From positions 91,636,001 through 91,700,000 of the forward strand of contig NC_043000.1 in the NCBI RefSeq assembly GCF_006345805.1: DNA of 64,000 nt, in the 5' to 3' direction. Under the pieces are notes generated by a model that saw only the letters and a list, made by a program, of their open reading frames with translations, searched no databases and was not told where the DNA came from. Every line of letters begins with the position of its first letter. Within the stretch, counting starts at the first letter, position 1. This DNA is from Octopus sinensis. Taxonomy: Eukaryota. Below, in pieces: positions 13,569 through 26,671 of the stretch. A program made the translations under genes and the position numbers.

Positions 13569-14781
13569 CAGGGGCTGGACAAAATAATGGAAGCACCCTA
13601 AAAATTTCAAACAAATTTATTTTAATATGGGATAGGACCGCCTTTGGCGGTAATTACAGCTTGAATTCTATGAGGTATAGACTCATACAAAGTTTGAATT
13701 GTTTCCAAAAGAATATGCATCCATTCTTCAGCTAAAACAGTCTACCAATTCTTGTAGTGATGTTGGTGGAGGATATTGACTCCTTACTTGGTTTTCTAAA
13801 ATGCACCATAAATGTTCAATAATATTGAGATCTGGGGACTGTGGTGGCCAGATAAGATGTTCAACTTCACTAGAATGTTCCTTGTGCCATTCAGTAACAA
13901 CTTTAGCTGTGTGAATTGGTGCATTATCATCCTGAAAGACTGTGTTTGCTTCTGGAAACAGTTCTGCAACCATAGGATGAATTTGATCAGATAAAATGCT
14001 TAAATAGTCTTGATTATTAATTCTGCCATGAAGGTAAATTACTGGGCCAGTAGATTTTCAAGATATAGCCCCCTGCCAGATCATCACAGATCCTCCTCCA
14101 TGTTTAACAGTTGGAAGAAGGCAGTCTTCTTTTGGCTGTTTCCAGCATATACTCGGCCAGTTGTTGGAAATAGGGTAATTCTGTAGGTTTTTACTCCACT
14201 CTAAATGCTTTGCAACGTTTGTTTTTGAAAGTAGTGGTTTTCTGATTGCTGCCCTCCTGTGAAATCCGGCTTTGTGCAGCTCCCAGCAAACAGGTTTTTG
14301 TGGAAACTGGGTTCTTCAGGTGGTCATTAAGCTCTGCAGTAATTTTGGATGCTGTACTTTTGTGATCTTTCCAACAATTCGTGTAAGAGTCCGATGGCCC
14401 CTATCTGAAAGTCTTGGTTTTCTTCAGAAGCTTTTTTTCGACAAGGAGGTTTTCCCCCCTTTCTCAAAGGCTGTCATTCCTTTCAAGACAGTACTTCTTG
14501 ATACACCAAACATTTCAGTTGTTTTTGTTACACTAGCACCTGCCATACGAGCACCAACAATTTGACCTCTTTGAAAGACCGATAGATCTGTCATTTTAAT
14601 GAATTTTAATTACCTTTTTCTGATGATATTTGAAAAGAAACAGCAATTTTAGCATAACATATTAAGCAACACTAATAATAAATCAAAAAACGTAAAAATA
14701 AACAAGCTTTTGACAGTTTTATAGATATTTCAAAATTATGATGCTATGATGCTAGGTGTTTTTATTATTTTGTCAAACCCC

Positions 14782-14783
<2 letters not shown>
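13569..14783 (-). mobile_element. Decayed Tc1-like (DD34E) transposon
   Basis: TIRs caggggctggacaaaataat / attattttgtcaaacccct in TA context. Minus strand gives MTDLSVFQRGQIVGARMAGASVTKT..., FQDDNAPIH and WPPQSPDLNIIEHLW. Confidence 0.93.
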
Positions 14784-14836
<53 letters not shown>

Positions 14837-15483
14837 ATGTGCGCACGTGTATTTGAGAGAGAGAGGGGGCATGTGTATGTTTGTGTTGTGTGGGTATGTA
14901 TCTATGTGTGTGTATCTGTGGGTATGTATCTGTGTGAGTAAGTGTGTATATCTGTGAGGACGTGTGTATTTGTGTGAGCATGTACATATACCTATGTTGG
15001 CATGTGTGTGTGTGTGTATGTCTGTGTGAGTATCTGTATGTGTTTTTGTATCTGTGTAAGCATGTGTGCACATGTATGTATCTTTATGTCAACTTACTAG
15101 AATGTTCCTTGTGCCATTCAGTAACAACTTGTCTTTATGTCTCCTTATCTTAACATTGTGTGATAGTTGTAAATGAGCCTCACTGTTGTACAAGCAGTGT
15201 TATTCATTTCTAATCTCCCATGTAAAAATCTCCTGCCAAGGGAAAATATTACTTTACTTCAAAACAGCTGAAGGTTGGTGACAGAAAGAACATCCATCCA
15301 TCCATAGAAAATCTACCTCAAAACATTCTATTTGACCTATGAGAGCATGGACAAGGGAGACATTAAGACAATAACGATGATGACATTGGTAACAGTTTGA
15401 AACTTGAGAAAATTCTCATGAGTATGTTACTTATATTATTGTCAGGTATAAATATGATTTAAAAAAAAACTCCAGTAAACTAT

Positions 15484-15872
15484 GGTGCAGGTGTGGCTGT
15501 GTGGTAAGAAGCTTGCTTCCCAACCACATGGTTCTGGGTTCAGTCCCACCATGTGACAACTTGGGCAAATGTGTGTCTTCAACTATAGCCTCGGACTAAC
15601 CAAAGCCTTATTAGTGGATTTAGTAAATGGTAACTGAAAGAAGCTCGTCATATATATATGTATATGTATATACTTGTGTGTGTCTTCGTGTCTTTGTCTG
15701 TCCCTGTCACCATCACTTGACAACCAATGCTGGTGTGCTTATGTTCCTTTAACTTAACAGTTCAGCAAAAAAGACCAATTGAATAAGTACTAGTCTTATA
15801 AAGAATAAGTCTTCTGGACGATTTCTTCAACTAAAAGATCCCTTAAGGTGCTGCTTCAACATAGTCGCAGTC
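15484..15872 (+). mobile_element. SINE family A, decayed
   Basis: Head ggtgcaggtgtggctgtgtggtaag...gggttcagtccc, with the family A tail. Confidence 0.85.
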
Positions 15873-16412
15873 TATTTTATTAAACTTTAAACTTAAAAAC
15901 ATGGTTATATTTTTAGCCTTTTTGCTATCAACCCACTTGAGAATACTCCTTTGTCTATTCATACCAAGTTCCTGTTTTAAAATGATGAAAATTAAAACAT
16001 TCCATAAACATTTCATGTATATTTATGTTCTAGACACCATCTTAATTATGACAAGCTTACTTTTCTAAATTCTTCATTATTTTCCAAAATAACTTAAACA
16101 AATGTAGTTGGGAAGGGCATCCATGCAAAAGCAGACAGCAGAGTCTTCTGATTTGCCAACTCATGTCAAACCCTCCAACCCATGCCAGTATGAAAAGCAG
16201 ATGTTAAATGATGATGATGATAATGATGATGAGGATGATGTAATGTAGTCTAGTTGAAATGAAATATGAAAACAAAAGTGGCTAAAAAAACTCTCCATTT
16301 GAAGTGCTCTTGTAATGTCTTATTTGATCTTCAGGACACCATGAAGTGAAATGAAAACAAAAATTACTTTTTAAATGAAATAGAAGTTCTAGTACATTAA
16401 AGTGTCAGATAG

Positions 16413-16715
16413 TGGAGGCACGTGGCCTAGTGGTTAGAGCAGTGGACTCATGGTCGAGGGATCGTGGGTTCGAATCTCAGACTGGGTGATATGTGTGTTT
16501 ATGAGCGAAGCACCTAAGCTCCATGCAGCTCCGGCAGAAGGTAATGGTGAACTTCTGCTGACTCTTTTGCCACAACTTTCTCTACTCTTTCCTCCTGTAT
16601 CTTGCAGCTCACCTGCAAAGGACCAGCGTCCCGTCCAGGTGGGGAAACTATACACCAAGGAAACCAGGAAACCAGCCCTCATGAGCCAGGGTTGGCTCTA
16701 GAAGGAACAAACAAC
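16413..16715 (+). mobile_element. tRNA-derived SINE (family C-related) with a 14-bp TSD
   Basis: A-box tggcctagtgg and B-box ggttcgaatct. aaagtgtcagatag is duplicated at 16399-16412 and 16716-16729. Confidence 0.9.
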
Positions 16716-16844
16716 AAAGTGTCAGATAGATTAGATTACTGTAAACATTCCCATTCTATGTTATCTGGGTTGAAATCCCATCCAAAATCTAATTTTTCTT
16801 TATTCTTTAGGAGTTGAGAAATAAAGAACCAATCCAGGATTTTA

Positions 16845-17240
16845 TTAGGAATACCACATTGTCCGTTGTGGTTCTTTGCATTGCTGGTGATGTCCAGGTC
16901 TAATCATCCAAGCATGAAAGCACCCAGTCCATCAAACCCATAATTGGCCAGGTTGGGACATGGAGGTCTACAACCAACAATAGTCGTCGTCTTGCAGAAA
17001 GTACAGAGTAGGAGAGGAGACGGCGAAGCATGTCATCTACAACTGTCCATGGATCCATCGCACCCCGCAAATGCCAACCCCACCCCAGTCACTCTGGCCA
17101 GTGACCCTCTCCTTGTCCTCCGGATCTGGGAAAAGTGGACTTCCGCTCCCGACCTGCCAGACGTCTCCCAACCCACATAACGGACGCAGGGAAATCACCC
17201 TTACCCGTCTTGTTGCTTAACAACAACAACAACAACCAGC
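16845..17240 (+). mobile_element. 3' end of a LINE with a C-terminal CCHC zinc knuckle and a (CAA)n tail
   Basis: Frameshifted ...CRKYRVGEETAKHVIYNCPWIH...TLASDPLLVLRIWEKW...stop, then a short 3' UTR and (aac)n. Confidence 0.7.
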
Positions 17241-17454
17241 AATAACAAACTAGTATACTGAAGCTTTCATTCAGCAATGGATTCACAACTAAACAGAATG
17301 GAATTATTTATTGTTGCAACAAGTCTTCAGTTTTCTCTTTACCTAAAACACTTACAACAATTCTTATTTCACTATGTTTCATGAGGTTTACCACAGTATT
17401 AAATATATTGGTAAAATATAGTTATCTCTTTTAATATTGCTCCTGTTACTAAAG

Positions 17455-17675
17455 TGGTGAGCTAGTAGAATCATTAGCATGGTAGGCAAAATGCTTAGTG
17501 GCATTTTGTTTGTCTGTAGATACTGAGATCAAATTCTACCAAGGCTGAGTTCACTTTTCATCCTTTCAGGGTTGATAAAACCCTGAAAGTACCAGTTGAA
17601 CACTGGGATCGATTTAAATCACTTAGCCCCTTCCCCAAACCTATTTGCTTTGTACCAAAATTTAAAACCAATATT
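17455..17675 (+). mobile_element. SINE family B, short-tail variant, heavily CpG-decayed
   Basis: ggtgagctagtagaatcattagcatgg...ttttcatcctttcagggttgataaa...aagtaccagtt. Confidence 0.8.
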
Positions 17676-18401
17676 TGTTACTTATGAGGAACCCTCCATA
17701 GAATTACTCAACCTGCTAGAAATAACAACTAAATCTCCTTCAACTAGCACACTACCTCCTTGTTAAAAGACAATCACATTATGCAGTGCACTCCTAGATA
17801 TGCTATTGCTGGAATGTCTTTGTTTATATGTCAATTGATTGGGGCTGGCTTGAATGTAAATCACCACAACAAAACTACCCTACCTTTGATTTTTTTTTTA
17901 ATGTGTCTTAGGTTGAAATATTGCTACTAATGACACAAATATCCCCTTCTGTGGTTCAAAAGAAGAAAAGAACACAGGGCCTCAAAGTAACAAAGTACTC
18001 AGAACCAGAGCCCTCAAGATATTGGCTGGCCTTGGGCTAAAGTAGAAGATACTTGCCAAAGGTTCCGTGCAGTGAGACCAAATGCTAAGCCATGTGTTTG
18101 CAAATATAGCTTTTTAACCACACAGCTATCCCTTCCATATCCAGAAAATAAATTATTTCATATGTTGTGTAGTGTAACTGTATAATTAATCTCTGGCTGC
18201 TAATCAAAGCAACATCTCATAACAGAAATCTAATAAGCATAAACATGTGACTCAAGCATACTAAGCCTGAGGAGATTCTAATGAGAATGGAAAATACCAT
18301 AGTTCAGTAACTGATTAGTTCAAATTCAAGTTTTATCCCATTACAATATCTTACTGTAAACATACGAATATATATCTACTCAAGATATAGCTTTAGTATT
18401 G

Positions 18402-18790
18402 ACTAGCAGTATCGCCCGGCGTTGCTCGGGTTTGTAAAGGAAATAGCTATAAAGCATTTTTAGAGAGTTATAGCCAAAAAATAGCAAAAAAATGGAAAAA
18501 AAAATATGGTAAATTTATTTTTGAGAGTTAAAAAGGTGGAGTTGCGTCCCCTAGACAGTCTGTGGTTTGTGTTTCTGATTCTCGACCCAATGTCGAATTT
18601 ATCGATTTTTTTCGGAACTGGGGGAACTTTTCAAAATTTTCGCTGCGTTAGTTTTGAATTATGACATTGGGCTATGTGTGTGTCAAGTTTCATCAGAATC
18701 GGTTGAAAGCCGTGGTCAGGGTGAGGGTACAACCTAACAGACACACAGAAACACACACAGACAAACTGCCGTTTATATAGAGAGAGATAG
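18402..18790 (-). mobile_element. Non-autonomous Helitron, apparently young
   Basis: Minus strand starts TC(TC)tatataaac, has a (CTGT/GT)n subterminal tract, and ends with hairpin cccgagcaacgccggg plus CTAG|T. CpGs are intact. Confidence 0.85.
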
Positions 18791-20211
18791 AACATGTTGG
18801 AAATATCATGGATAGTTTGGTTTTTTATAAATATATTTAGTCTACTTGTTCATGGAGCAATAGTTTGTATTCTCTCAGCAATAATGTACTCAGCTGATGA
18901 GAATATCAAATGATTTTCTTTGGCTCAGTCTGCTCAGCTATAAAAGCGAACCACTGACTAAATGCAACTCTGAATACTTTGTTAGTTATTACTTGGTAAT
19001 CTTGAGTTTAAACTCTTCTCCTGAACCCCAGAAGAGGATATTTGTACCATTGTTAGTATTCTAATTTAAGTTGTCATGTAAGTTTCTTGGTGACTTTGCC
19101 AGGTCTGTCTTAGTAGCATTATATGCCCCACATTGCTTCCCTGGGAAATCAGTGAACTGGGCCCTACTGTATTTATTGGCAGAAAGTCAAAACATAAATA
19201 GCTCAGAACTGTGCCCTTAAACCCATGAGGATCCTGGTCAATTGTCCAGAGTTCAAAAGCCTTAAGATGGTACTGGACTTTACTAGAATTGGTGTCACAA
19301 AAATGCCAGAATTTAGACCTTTGCTTAAAGAGTTGTCTAAAGCATTACATAACAATATTACATGAAACAATTTAAAACATTGTCCAAGTAAGGTGGTTCA
19401 ATTGTTTAGAAGGACCAATCACTGATGATATTATTGCAAAATAATTAGATGTTCTATTACAACTATCATAATTCATTAGTCCTGTGTTCATCATATCTTT
19501 GGATATCAGACACCTGAAAATTAAAATTAGTTCAAAGAAAATAATTTTATAGTCTTTACAATACCTTTAACAATAATTCAAACATCCTCTTATCAAATTA
19601 CCTGTTTTGCTAGACGTATCATTAAGCAATGATTCTAATTGATTTAGCAGCCTAACAGACTGCAAGATTGCAGCAAGTATAAGAAATTTCTGACACATAG
19701 GTATATATATATATAGCCAATTATATGGATAAAGAAATTACATATATTAAAAGTAGTAGTTTGCGTATGAAATACAAAATAGGTATATAAGTATACAGGC
19801 AAAAGATTGAGTTTCACTGTAAAAAACCCAATCATTTTATGTCCTTTGAAGTTTTTCAAATCCTATGACATAAACAAAATGTATAGGTTTAGATATGTAT
19901 GTATGTGTGTGTATATATATATATGTATATAATTAAGAGAAATAACCTCTATTAAGCAATTCAGTAGTAAAAGACATTATCTGTATTATACAGAAAAAAT
20001 TTAAATATACTATAATAAATATTATTCAAAAGAATCAATAAATTAAATAAACATTATATTCCCTACTATATGTATGTATAAACACACACACACACACCCA
20101 CACACACACATATATATATATTGTTGAAATTTATAGAAAAACAAAAGACGAAGATAGGTGTATGAACAGCAAGCAGGTGTATTAAGTTGACGGTCAGGAA
20201 AGTGAATATGT

Positions 20212-20247
20212 CTTTTACGTTTCGAGCCTACGCTCTTCAACAGAAAG
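20212..20247 (-). ncRNA. Minimal type I hammerhead-like motif, U6 core variant, in a short element (~20120-20330)
   Basis: CUUU-CUGUUGA-A-GAGC(GUAG)GCUC-GAAAC-GUA-AAAG: stem I CUUU/AAAG, a stem II hairpin, and a loopless palindromic stem III ACGU. Confidence 0.7.
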
Positions 20248-20481
20248 GAATAAGAGAAAATAAACAGAGAGAGAATAAAAGAAACTTGTGGATTTAGCGG
20301 TCAAGTAAGGCAACTGGTTGGAAAAAAGACTTGTGACATGTATATATATCTATATATATATATACGTACATATATGATTAATACAAAAAATGGAAAAAAT
20401 AAAAAGTAAAAAAAAAAAACAACAGCGTGTGAGGACGTGATACAAGCAAAATATTAATAAGACGCCCAGGGAAAGAAAGAG

Positions 20482-20518
20482 TGTTTTACGTGTCGAGCAA
20501 AGCTCTTCTTCAGAAACA
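20482..20518 (-). ncRNA. Minimal type I hammerhead-like motif with GAAA->GACA decay, in a short element (~20370-20590)
   Basis: UGUUU-CUGAAGA-A-GAGC(UUU)GCUC-GACAC-GUA-AAACA. Confidence 0.65.
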
Positions 20519-20617
20519 GGAGACAGGGATAAGTCTAAAAGAAGAGGAAGACGGAAGAAAAAATCGTCAATGATCCACATGTAGTTACACACACACACAC
20601 ACACACACAGAGAGATA

Positions 20618-21300
20618 CAGGCGTATCTCACCCTACGTCGTTAATTGGTTCCAGGTGACACGACTTAAATCGAAAAACGACTCAAGTCGAATTAACTTGT
20701 CTTTAGGCGAAACCGATAATGACCATTCCCAATTCTGTACTTTATTTATGAATGCACTTTCAATAATATATGGTTAATAAAAACCTATTTTAAACTTACA
20801 AACAAATAATTTTATTTTTTAATACAGTGCAGTAAAAATCTAAATTCAAGAATACAATTTGGCAGTGTTTACTGTACCTCGCGGAAGCTTTATTTATGAA
20901 TGTGGTTTTCAATAATACATGGTAAAATAAAAATAATGGTAAAATAAAAACAAATTCAGTAATTATTATTATTTTGCAACAGCAAAAGAAACCAAATTAT
21001 TTTAAATTTACCAATACGTACATAAAGTTTGGTGGCTTACATCTCGATTGCAGATGACTGTGGCTCGTCAACATCAACAGAGATTCTGGCTGTTCTTGTT
21101 TGATGCGCTTAAAACAAAACTGTTTGAGAGTTCCTTGAACTGTCTTCTTTTCTTCAAGGATTATGTTATTAGGAGCAAAAGCTTCGTAACAAGCCCCCAT
21201 AATCTTGGAAAAGCGTTGAGCATTTGGAACCATATCCTTGAACATAAAAATTTGACGTGACCTCCTGTTTTCATACATCCGCAGGGTGGCTTATCTCTCT
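20618..21300 (-). mobile_element. pogo/Tigger-like transposon 3' fragment
   Basis: Terminus TA|caggcgtatctcaccctacg and a cgacttaaatcg/cgactcaagtcg subterminal motif. ORF 20997-21278 (..PNAQRFSKIMGACYEAFAPNNIILEEKKTVQGTLKQF) resembles Tigger transposase C-termini. Confidence 0.6.
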
Positions 21301-21384
21301 CATCTCCCACCCAAAGGATTTTGCCCTTGCAGCATTAGTTTCGACGGGGAAAAAATAAAATCGGATACTTTTTAAACATACCTA

Positions 21385-21655
21385 GTATATGCAACTCCGT
21401 CGGTTAGACGACGAAGGCGCCAGTTGATCCAATCAACGGAACAGCCTGCTTGTAAAATTAACGCGCATATGGCTGAGCACTTCACAGACACGTGACAAGG
21501 CTGGCCCTTTGAAATACAGGCACATTTTATTTTTACCAGGTGATTAGAATAGAGCAATGTGAAATGAAATTACTTAAGGAGACATCACGCCGCCAGAAAT
21601 CGAACCCACGATATTACGACTGTAAGCCGAATACCCCAACCAGTAACACCCATGC
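21385..21655 (-). mobile_element. SINE family C
   Basis: Reverse complement of the 3098/27278 body (ctccgtcggttagacgacga...gatccaatcaacggaacagcctgct). Confidence 0.75.
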
Positions 21656-22106
21656 CATAACAATATGCTTGTGTGTGTTTATGTGTGTGTGTATATATAT
21701 ATACAGATACAGATTCACTCACACTAACGCAAAACACACACACACTGACCTGCATACACACACATATGCATGCATGTATCCTGCAATGCAATGGATAAAT
21801 AACCCGATTCACCCTATTATATCCAAAATACACCCGTTTGCTCATAAGTATTTGCACCCGAACAATTTCTTAACTCAGTGGATACCCTAAACACCAAACA
21901 TATGATTCTCTTGCCAAGAAGGGGTTTTCGTCAAAAGGTCAGAATCGGCATTAGTTTGCAACCACAGCCAACGAACTTGGCAAATTTGTGAACTTTTCTC
22001 ATAAGCAGGAGACATTATTTACGAATGAACACATTCTTCATAATAATGCAGATTTAAGCACGCCACTGCGCGCATGCACGCATGTACTTACACACGCACA
22101 TATACA

Positions 22107-22174
<68 letters not shown>

Positions 22175-22912
22175 CACATATACATATATATCTATATTAT
22201 ACAGATGTGTGTGCATATGTATATATATATATATACACACACGTATATATACTTATATATACATATATATATACGGAGATGCATATATATATATGTGTGT
22301 GTGTGTGTGCATGTGTGTGTATGTGTGTGTTTATGTGTGTGCGTGTGTTTGTGTGTGTGTGTGTGTGTGTTTGAGTTTCTGTGTGCATAGGTTGGCCAAT
22401 AGATTCGAAATGTTACTCGACCGCCCCATGCTATTCACACATAGCCAAAATCTAACAAGTTCAGTTCACAGTCATGGAAAAAGGTTAAAGCACAGATGCC
22501 AAAGCCGCTTTACTACATCGCTGTATCGACACGTGTTGTTCTTGTTCCCATTTGCATAGAGAGAACTGACCAGGATGTCCTTTGTTCCGCTGGTGGAGGG
22601 CAGCTCCCTTCCTGACCTGATACGTAATCCCAGTTCAGTGTATATATATCTAGGTAAGAGATCTGTCCTGTCAGATAGCCAGTGAGCTTAGTAACTGCTG
22701 ACATGCAAAAGAACAGCAATGTAGTTTCATGATAAATTATGCTATTGCTGGAGGTTACACATGGTCAGTACTGTTCCAGTCTTTTTGTTCTGACCAGTCA
22801 GCAGCCATTGTTTTTCGTTGACTTGACAGGAGAACAGTCGGTTGGTTGGTCGCCTTACGCTAAAAGAAGAATTATTTACTGGACGTCTTTCTCTCTCTCT
22901 CTCCCTCTCTCT

Positions 22913-22943
<31 letters not shown>

Positions 22944-22966
22944 TTCAATCACTCTTTTCAAACATA

Positions 22967-23005
<39 letters not shown>

Positions 23006-23089
23006 CACACACACACACACCACACCACACACCACACACACACACACACAACACACACACACTTATATATGTTTATGTATACACACTGA

Positions 23090-23490
<401 letters not shown>

Positions 23491-23857
23491 TGTAAGTCTG
23501 CCACTGTCTCTGTGTTTACTTCTCTCACATCTATTTCTTACTCATTCTCTCTCGTCTCTGCTCACTCCATCTCTGTATGTCTCTTGGTTTTATATCTTCC
23601 CTCTTCAGTCTTTTCACAATTCAATTTCCCACATATTGTTTCTTCCTTCTCTTTATCTGAATTAAAATTTTCACTTATTCAGGCTGTTCCTCTCTCGTTT
23701 CTCTGTTTTTTTTTTCCTTCTCTTTTCTCAATCTCATTCCCACTTTCTCTCTCGCTTTCCCTTTCTGTCTCTTTCTCCCTGTCTCTTCACCACTGAATGT
23801 GAAACAAGATAGAAATAAAAATAGAAAAATTCCAATTTCGTCATGTCTACACCTTAC

Positions 23858-24060
23858 CTCTCTTTCGCATCTCTTGAGGACCACTAGTGTTCACTTGCAT
23901 ATCTGCCTGATAGTCAATTATATAGTTACTGTGTCTGTCTGTATGTCTGTCTCTTTTTCCCTTTTCGATGATAGATCTTGTGGAGCGTTGGATTTCGTCT
24001 TCAAGATTCTGTCGGAGAGCGGGGCAGTTACGCGCAAACATTGCTGCCCCACTCTCGCGC
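23858..24060 (-). other. Candidate first exon of a minus-strand transcript, in a CpG-retaining unique segment
   Basis: Strong donor gaaagagAG|GTAAGG at 23858/23857. Upstream sequence is GC/CpG-rich. The 5' boundary is unknown. Confidence 0.3.
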
Positions 24061-25027
24061 CTTCTCTTGAAAAATAGGACGAGATATTACAGGCAAAAAC
24101 GTAGCGTCACTATCTGTTTTCCCACTTCTTTTTTTATCGTGTTCTCCCTTCTCTGAGAAACGAAACCCTAGCCGAAGGACTACTCGATCATCCCTCGACG
24201 AAGAATGCAGTTATCAACATGATTTAACTCGAAAAGTAGGACTTATTGAACATCGACACATAAAACATGAACTGCGGACTAAAGAACAGCGTTGATCGCT
24301 ACAAGTAGGCCTGGTACTTACTCGACCACAGGTGAAAGGGAGCAAAGTGAGACAGCAAACAAAGATAATGGTATTACTGATGAGTCCACAAAACTAAATT
24401 AGACAGTAGAGGAGAATATCTAGTTAAGCGAGAGACCTACTGGACAGTTAAAGATCATAAAGCGTTACCCCTAATCCCAGACATTATCCTATAAGCACAA
24501 CTAAGACAAGGATAGGACTAGTCAGTGAAAATGTCCCAGATAAAATTAACGACAGTTTGGGACAGCGTCTTGACAACAATAATGGAACAACAACAATACA
24601 ATAATAAGCTGGCTTAATAACATAAATATCAAACAGGATTTTAAATTCTCAGACATGACATTGGCAATTTGCTTCGGACGATAACAGATCCATTTAGTAT
24701 GTCTTACTGAATGACATAACAATAGAAATGACATAGACAGCGAAATCATTGTCCACACTTGAAAGACTTTCTTCTGATAGCGACTCAGCCAGGATATGAA
24801 AAAAAAACCCCACCTAACTTAACAGATACATTTTTGATCAGTATAGGTAGTTCGATAGTGTAGATATAAGTGAATACATTGGTCTATAAAAACCGGACGT
24901 TTTAAAGAGCAAAATCACAACTCAAGTAAGTTTGATTACTGATTGACCGTTACACCACAAGTCACTAGAAATGCATTTATATTTATATAATTAAAAAAAA
25001 AAACGCGTCAAAACACCTTTAACAAAA

Positions 25028-25833
25028 GGCGGCGAGCTGGCAGAAACGTTAGCACGCCGGGCGAAATGCGTAGCCGTATTTTGTCTGTCGTTACGTTCTG
25101 AGTTCAAATTCCGCCGAGGTCGACTTTGCCTTTCATCCTTTCGGGGTCGATAAATTAAGTACCAGTTACGTACTGGGGTCGATGTAATCGACCTAATACC
25201 TATGTCTGTCCTTGTTTGTCCCCTCTGTCTTTAGCCCCTTGTGGGTAATAAAGAAATAGGTATTTCGTCTGCCATTACGTTCTGAGTTCAAATTCCACCG
25301 AGGTTGACTTTGCCTTTCATCCTTTCGGGGTCGATTAAATAAGTACCAATTACGCACTGGGATCGATATATATTCTTAAATTCTTAAAAATGTTTCAGTC
25401 CGAAGGCTGCGGCCATGCTGGGGCACCACCGTTGCACGTTAGCACGCCGGGTGAAATGCTTAGCGGTATTTCGTCTGCTGTTACGTTCTGAGTTCAAATT
25501 CCGCCGAGGTCGACTTTGCCTCTCATTTTCGGTGTCGATAAATTAAGTACCAGTTATGCACTGGGGTTGATATAATCGACTTAATCCGTTTGTCTGTCCT
25601 TGTTTGTCCCCTCTGTGTTTAGCTCCTTGTGGGTAGTAAAGAAATAGGTATTTCGTCTGCCGCTACGTTCTGAGTTGAAATTCCGCCGAGGTCGACTTTG
25701 CCTTTCATCCTTTCGGGTCGATTAAATAAATACCAGTTACACACTGGGATCGATATAATCGACTTAATCCGTTTGTCTGTCCTTGTCTGTCCCCTCTGTG
25801 TGTAGCCCCTTGTGGGCCGTAAAGAAATAAGAA
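25028..25833 (+). mobile_element. Array of young family B SINEs (two head-plus-repeat dimers)
   Basis: Head ggcggcgagctggcagaaacg, B-box gagttcaaattcc, and core gcctttcatcctttcggggtcgataaattaagtaccag. The ~185-bp unit restarts at 25261 and ~25649. Confidence 0.9.
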
Positions 25834-25843
25834 ACCAGTACTA

Positions 25844-26671
25844 CAGAGTGTGATGAATAAATAATCGTCTAAATTACGCAAAAATAAAACTGACATCTCA
25901 TTTTAGCAGATATATTCACCAAAATTACATAAAAATATCTTGAAATACTAAAGGGTAAATTTATTCAATAAAATCGCCATTAGCTTCAACCACGGCCTCC
26001 AGACGACTTCGGAATGTCCTGCAAGTCTTCAGGACGGTCTCCTTGTTTAAGTTAGTGGATATTGCCATAATCCTTGCCTTCAATTCATCTTTGGTGTGCA
26101 AAGAGTTTTGTTGGCCTCTCAACTGTGTCTCACACATAATAATCAAGGTGATTGCAGTCTGGGGAGTTAGGTGGCCAGATGTTAGGGGTGATCTGGTCGC
26201 ACAAATTGTCTGACAGCCACAACTGTGTTCTTCGGTGTGGCATGGTGCAAAGTCCTGTTGCCAGATATAGGGTCTTCCAGCAGCCACCCCCATACCCAGG
26301 GCAGCACTACCTCCTCATGACACTTGATGTAGGCCTCTGTGTTGAATCTGAAGCCGTGTGGGAAGATGAATGGAGGTATAACTAGTGATCACTCCACACA
26401 TCATGATGTTGATCGGATGTTTGATTTTTATCAATCTCGGTACATATCCTGATTTTGCACTGTCCTCAGATTGAAACCCAAACACTCTGAAACGTTCGTA
26501 TTGGAGCTTCCGTCGCGAATGCCAAGAGTGAATTGCGTCATAGTGCTGGTTTTCTCTCAGACGTGTCCAACTGACCCTACTGTACTGTGTTATCGACAAA
26601 ATCGAAAACAAACAATGCGCATGCGCGAAATTAAGAATATAAAATGCTGGCAATGTACCCATCGCACCCTA
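25844..26671 (-). mobile_element. Internally deleted maT/DD37D-like Tc1-mariner element
   Basis: TIR-like ends cagagtgtgatg / catcgcaccct. Translation includes GRPYIWQQDFAPCH, a shifted-frame WPPNSPDCNHLDYY, and the C-terminus ..CRTFRSRLEAVVEANGDFIE. Confidence 0.85.

Noticed and set aside
16413-16490. tRNA-like sequence with good A and B boxes
   Set aside because: It continues into a SINE body and is bounded by a 14-bp TSD, so it is a SINE head rather than a tRNA gene. The same applies to the other family A/B/C heads.
20628-20640. Minus-strand donor-like AGG|GTGAGA
   Set aside because: It lies within the terminus of the Tigger-like element, with no independent support as a splice site.
24377-24410. 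CTGATGA motifs at 24377, 18894 and 54851
   Set aside because: None has a properly placed GAAA, stems and NUH triplet, so they are chance matches.
25028-25833. Regularly spaced repeats superficially like a CRISPR array or satellite
   Set aside because: The units are ~185-bp SINE bodies with no unique spacers, in a eukaryotic context.
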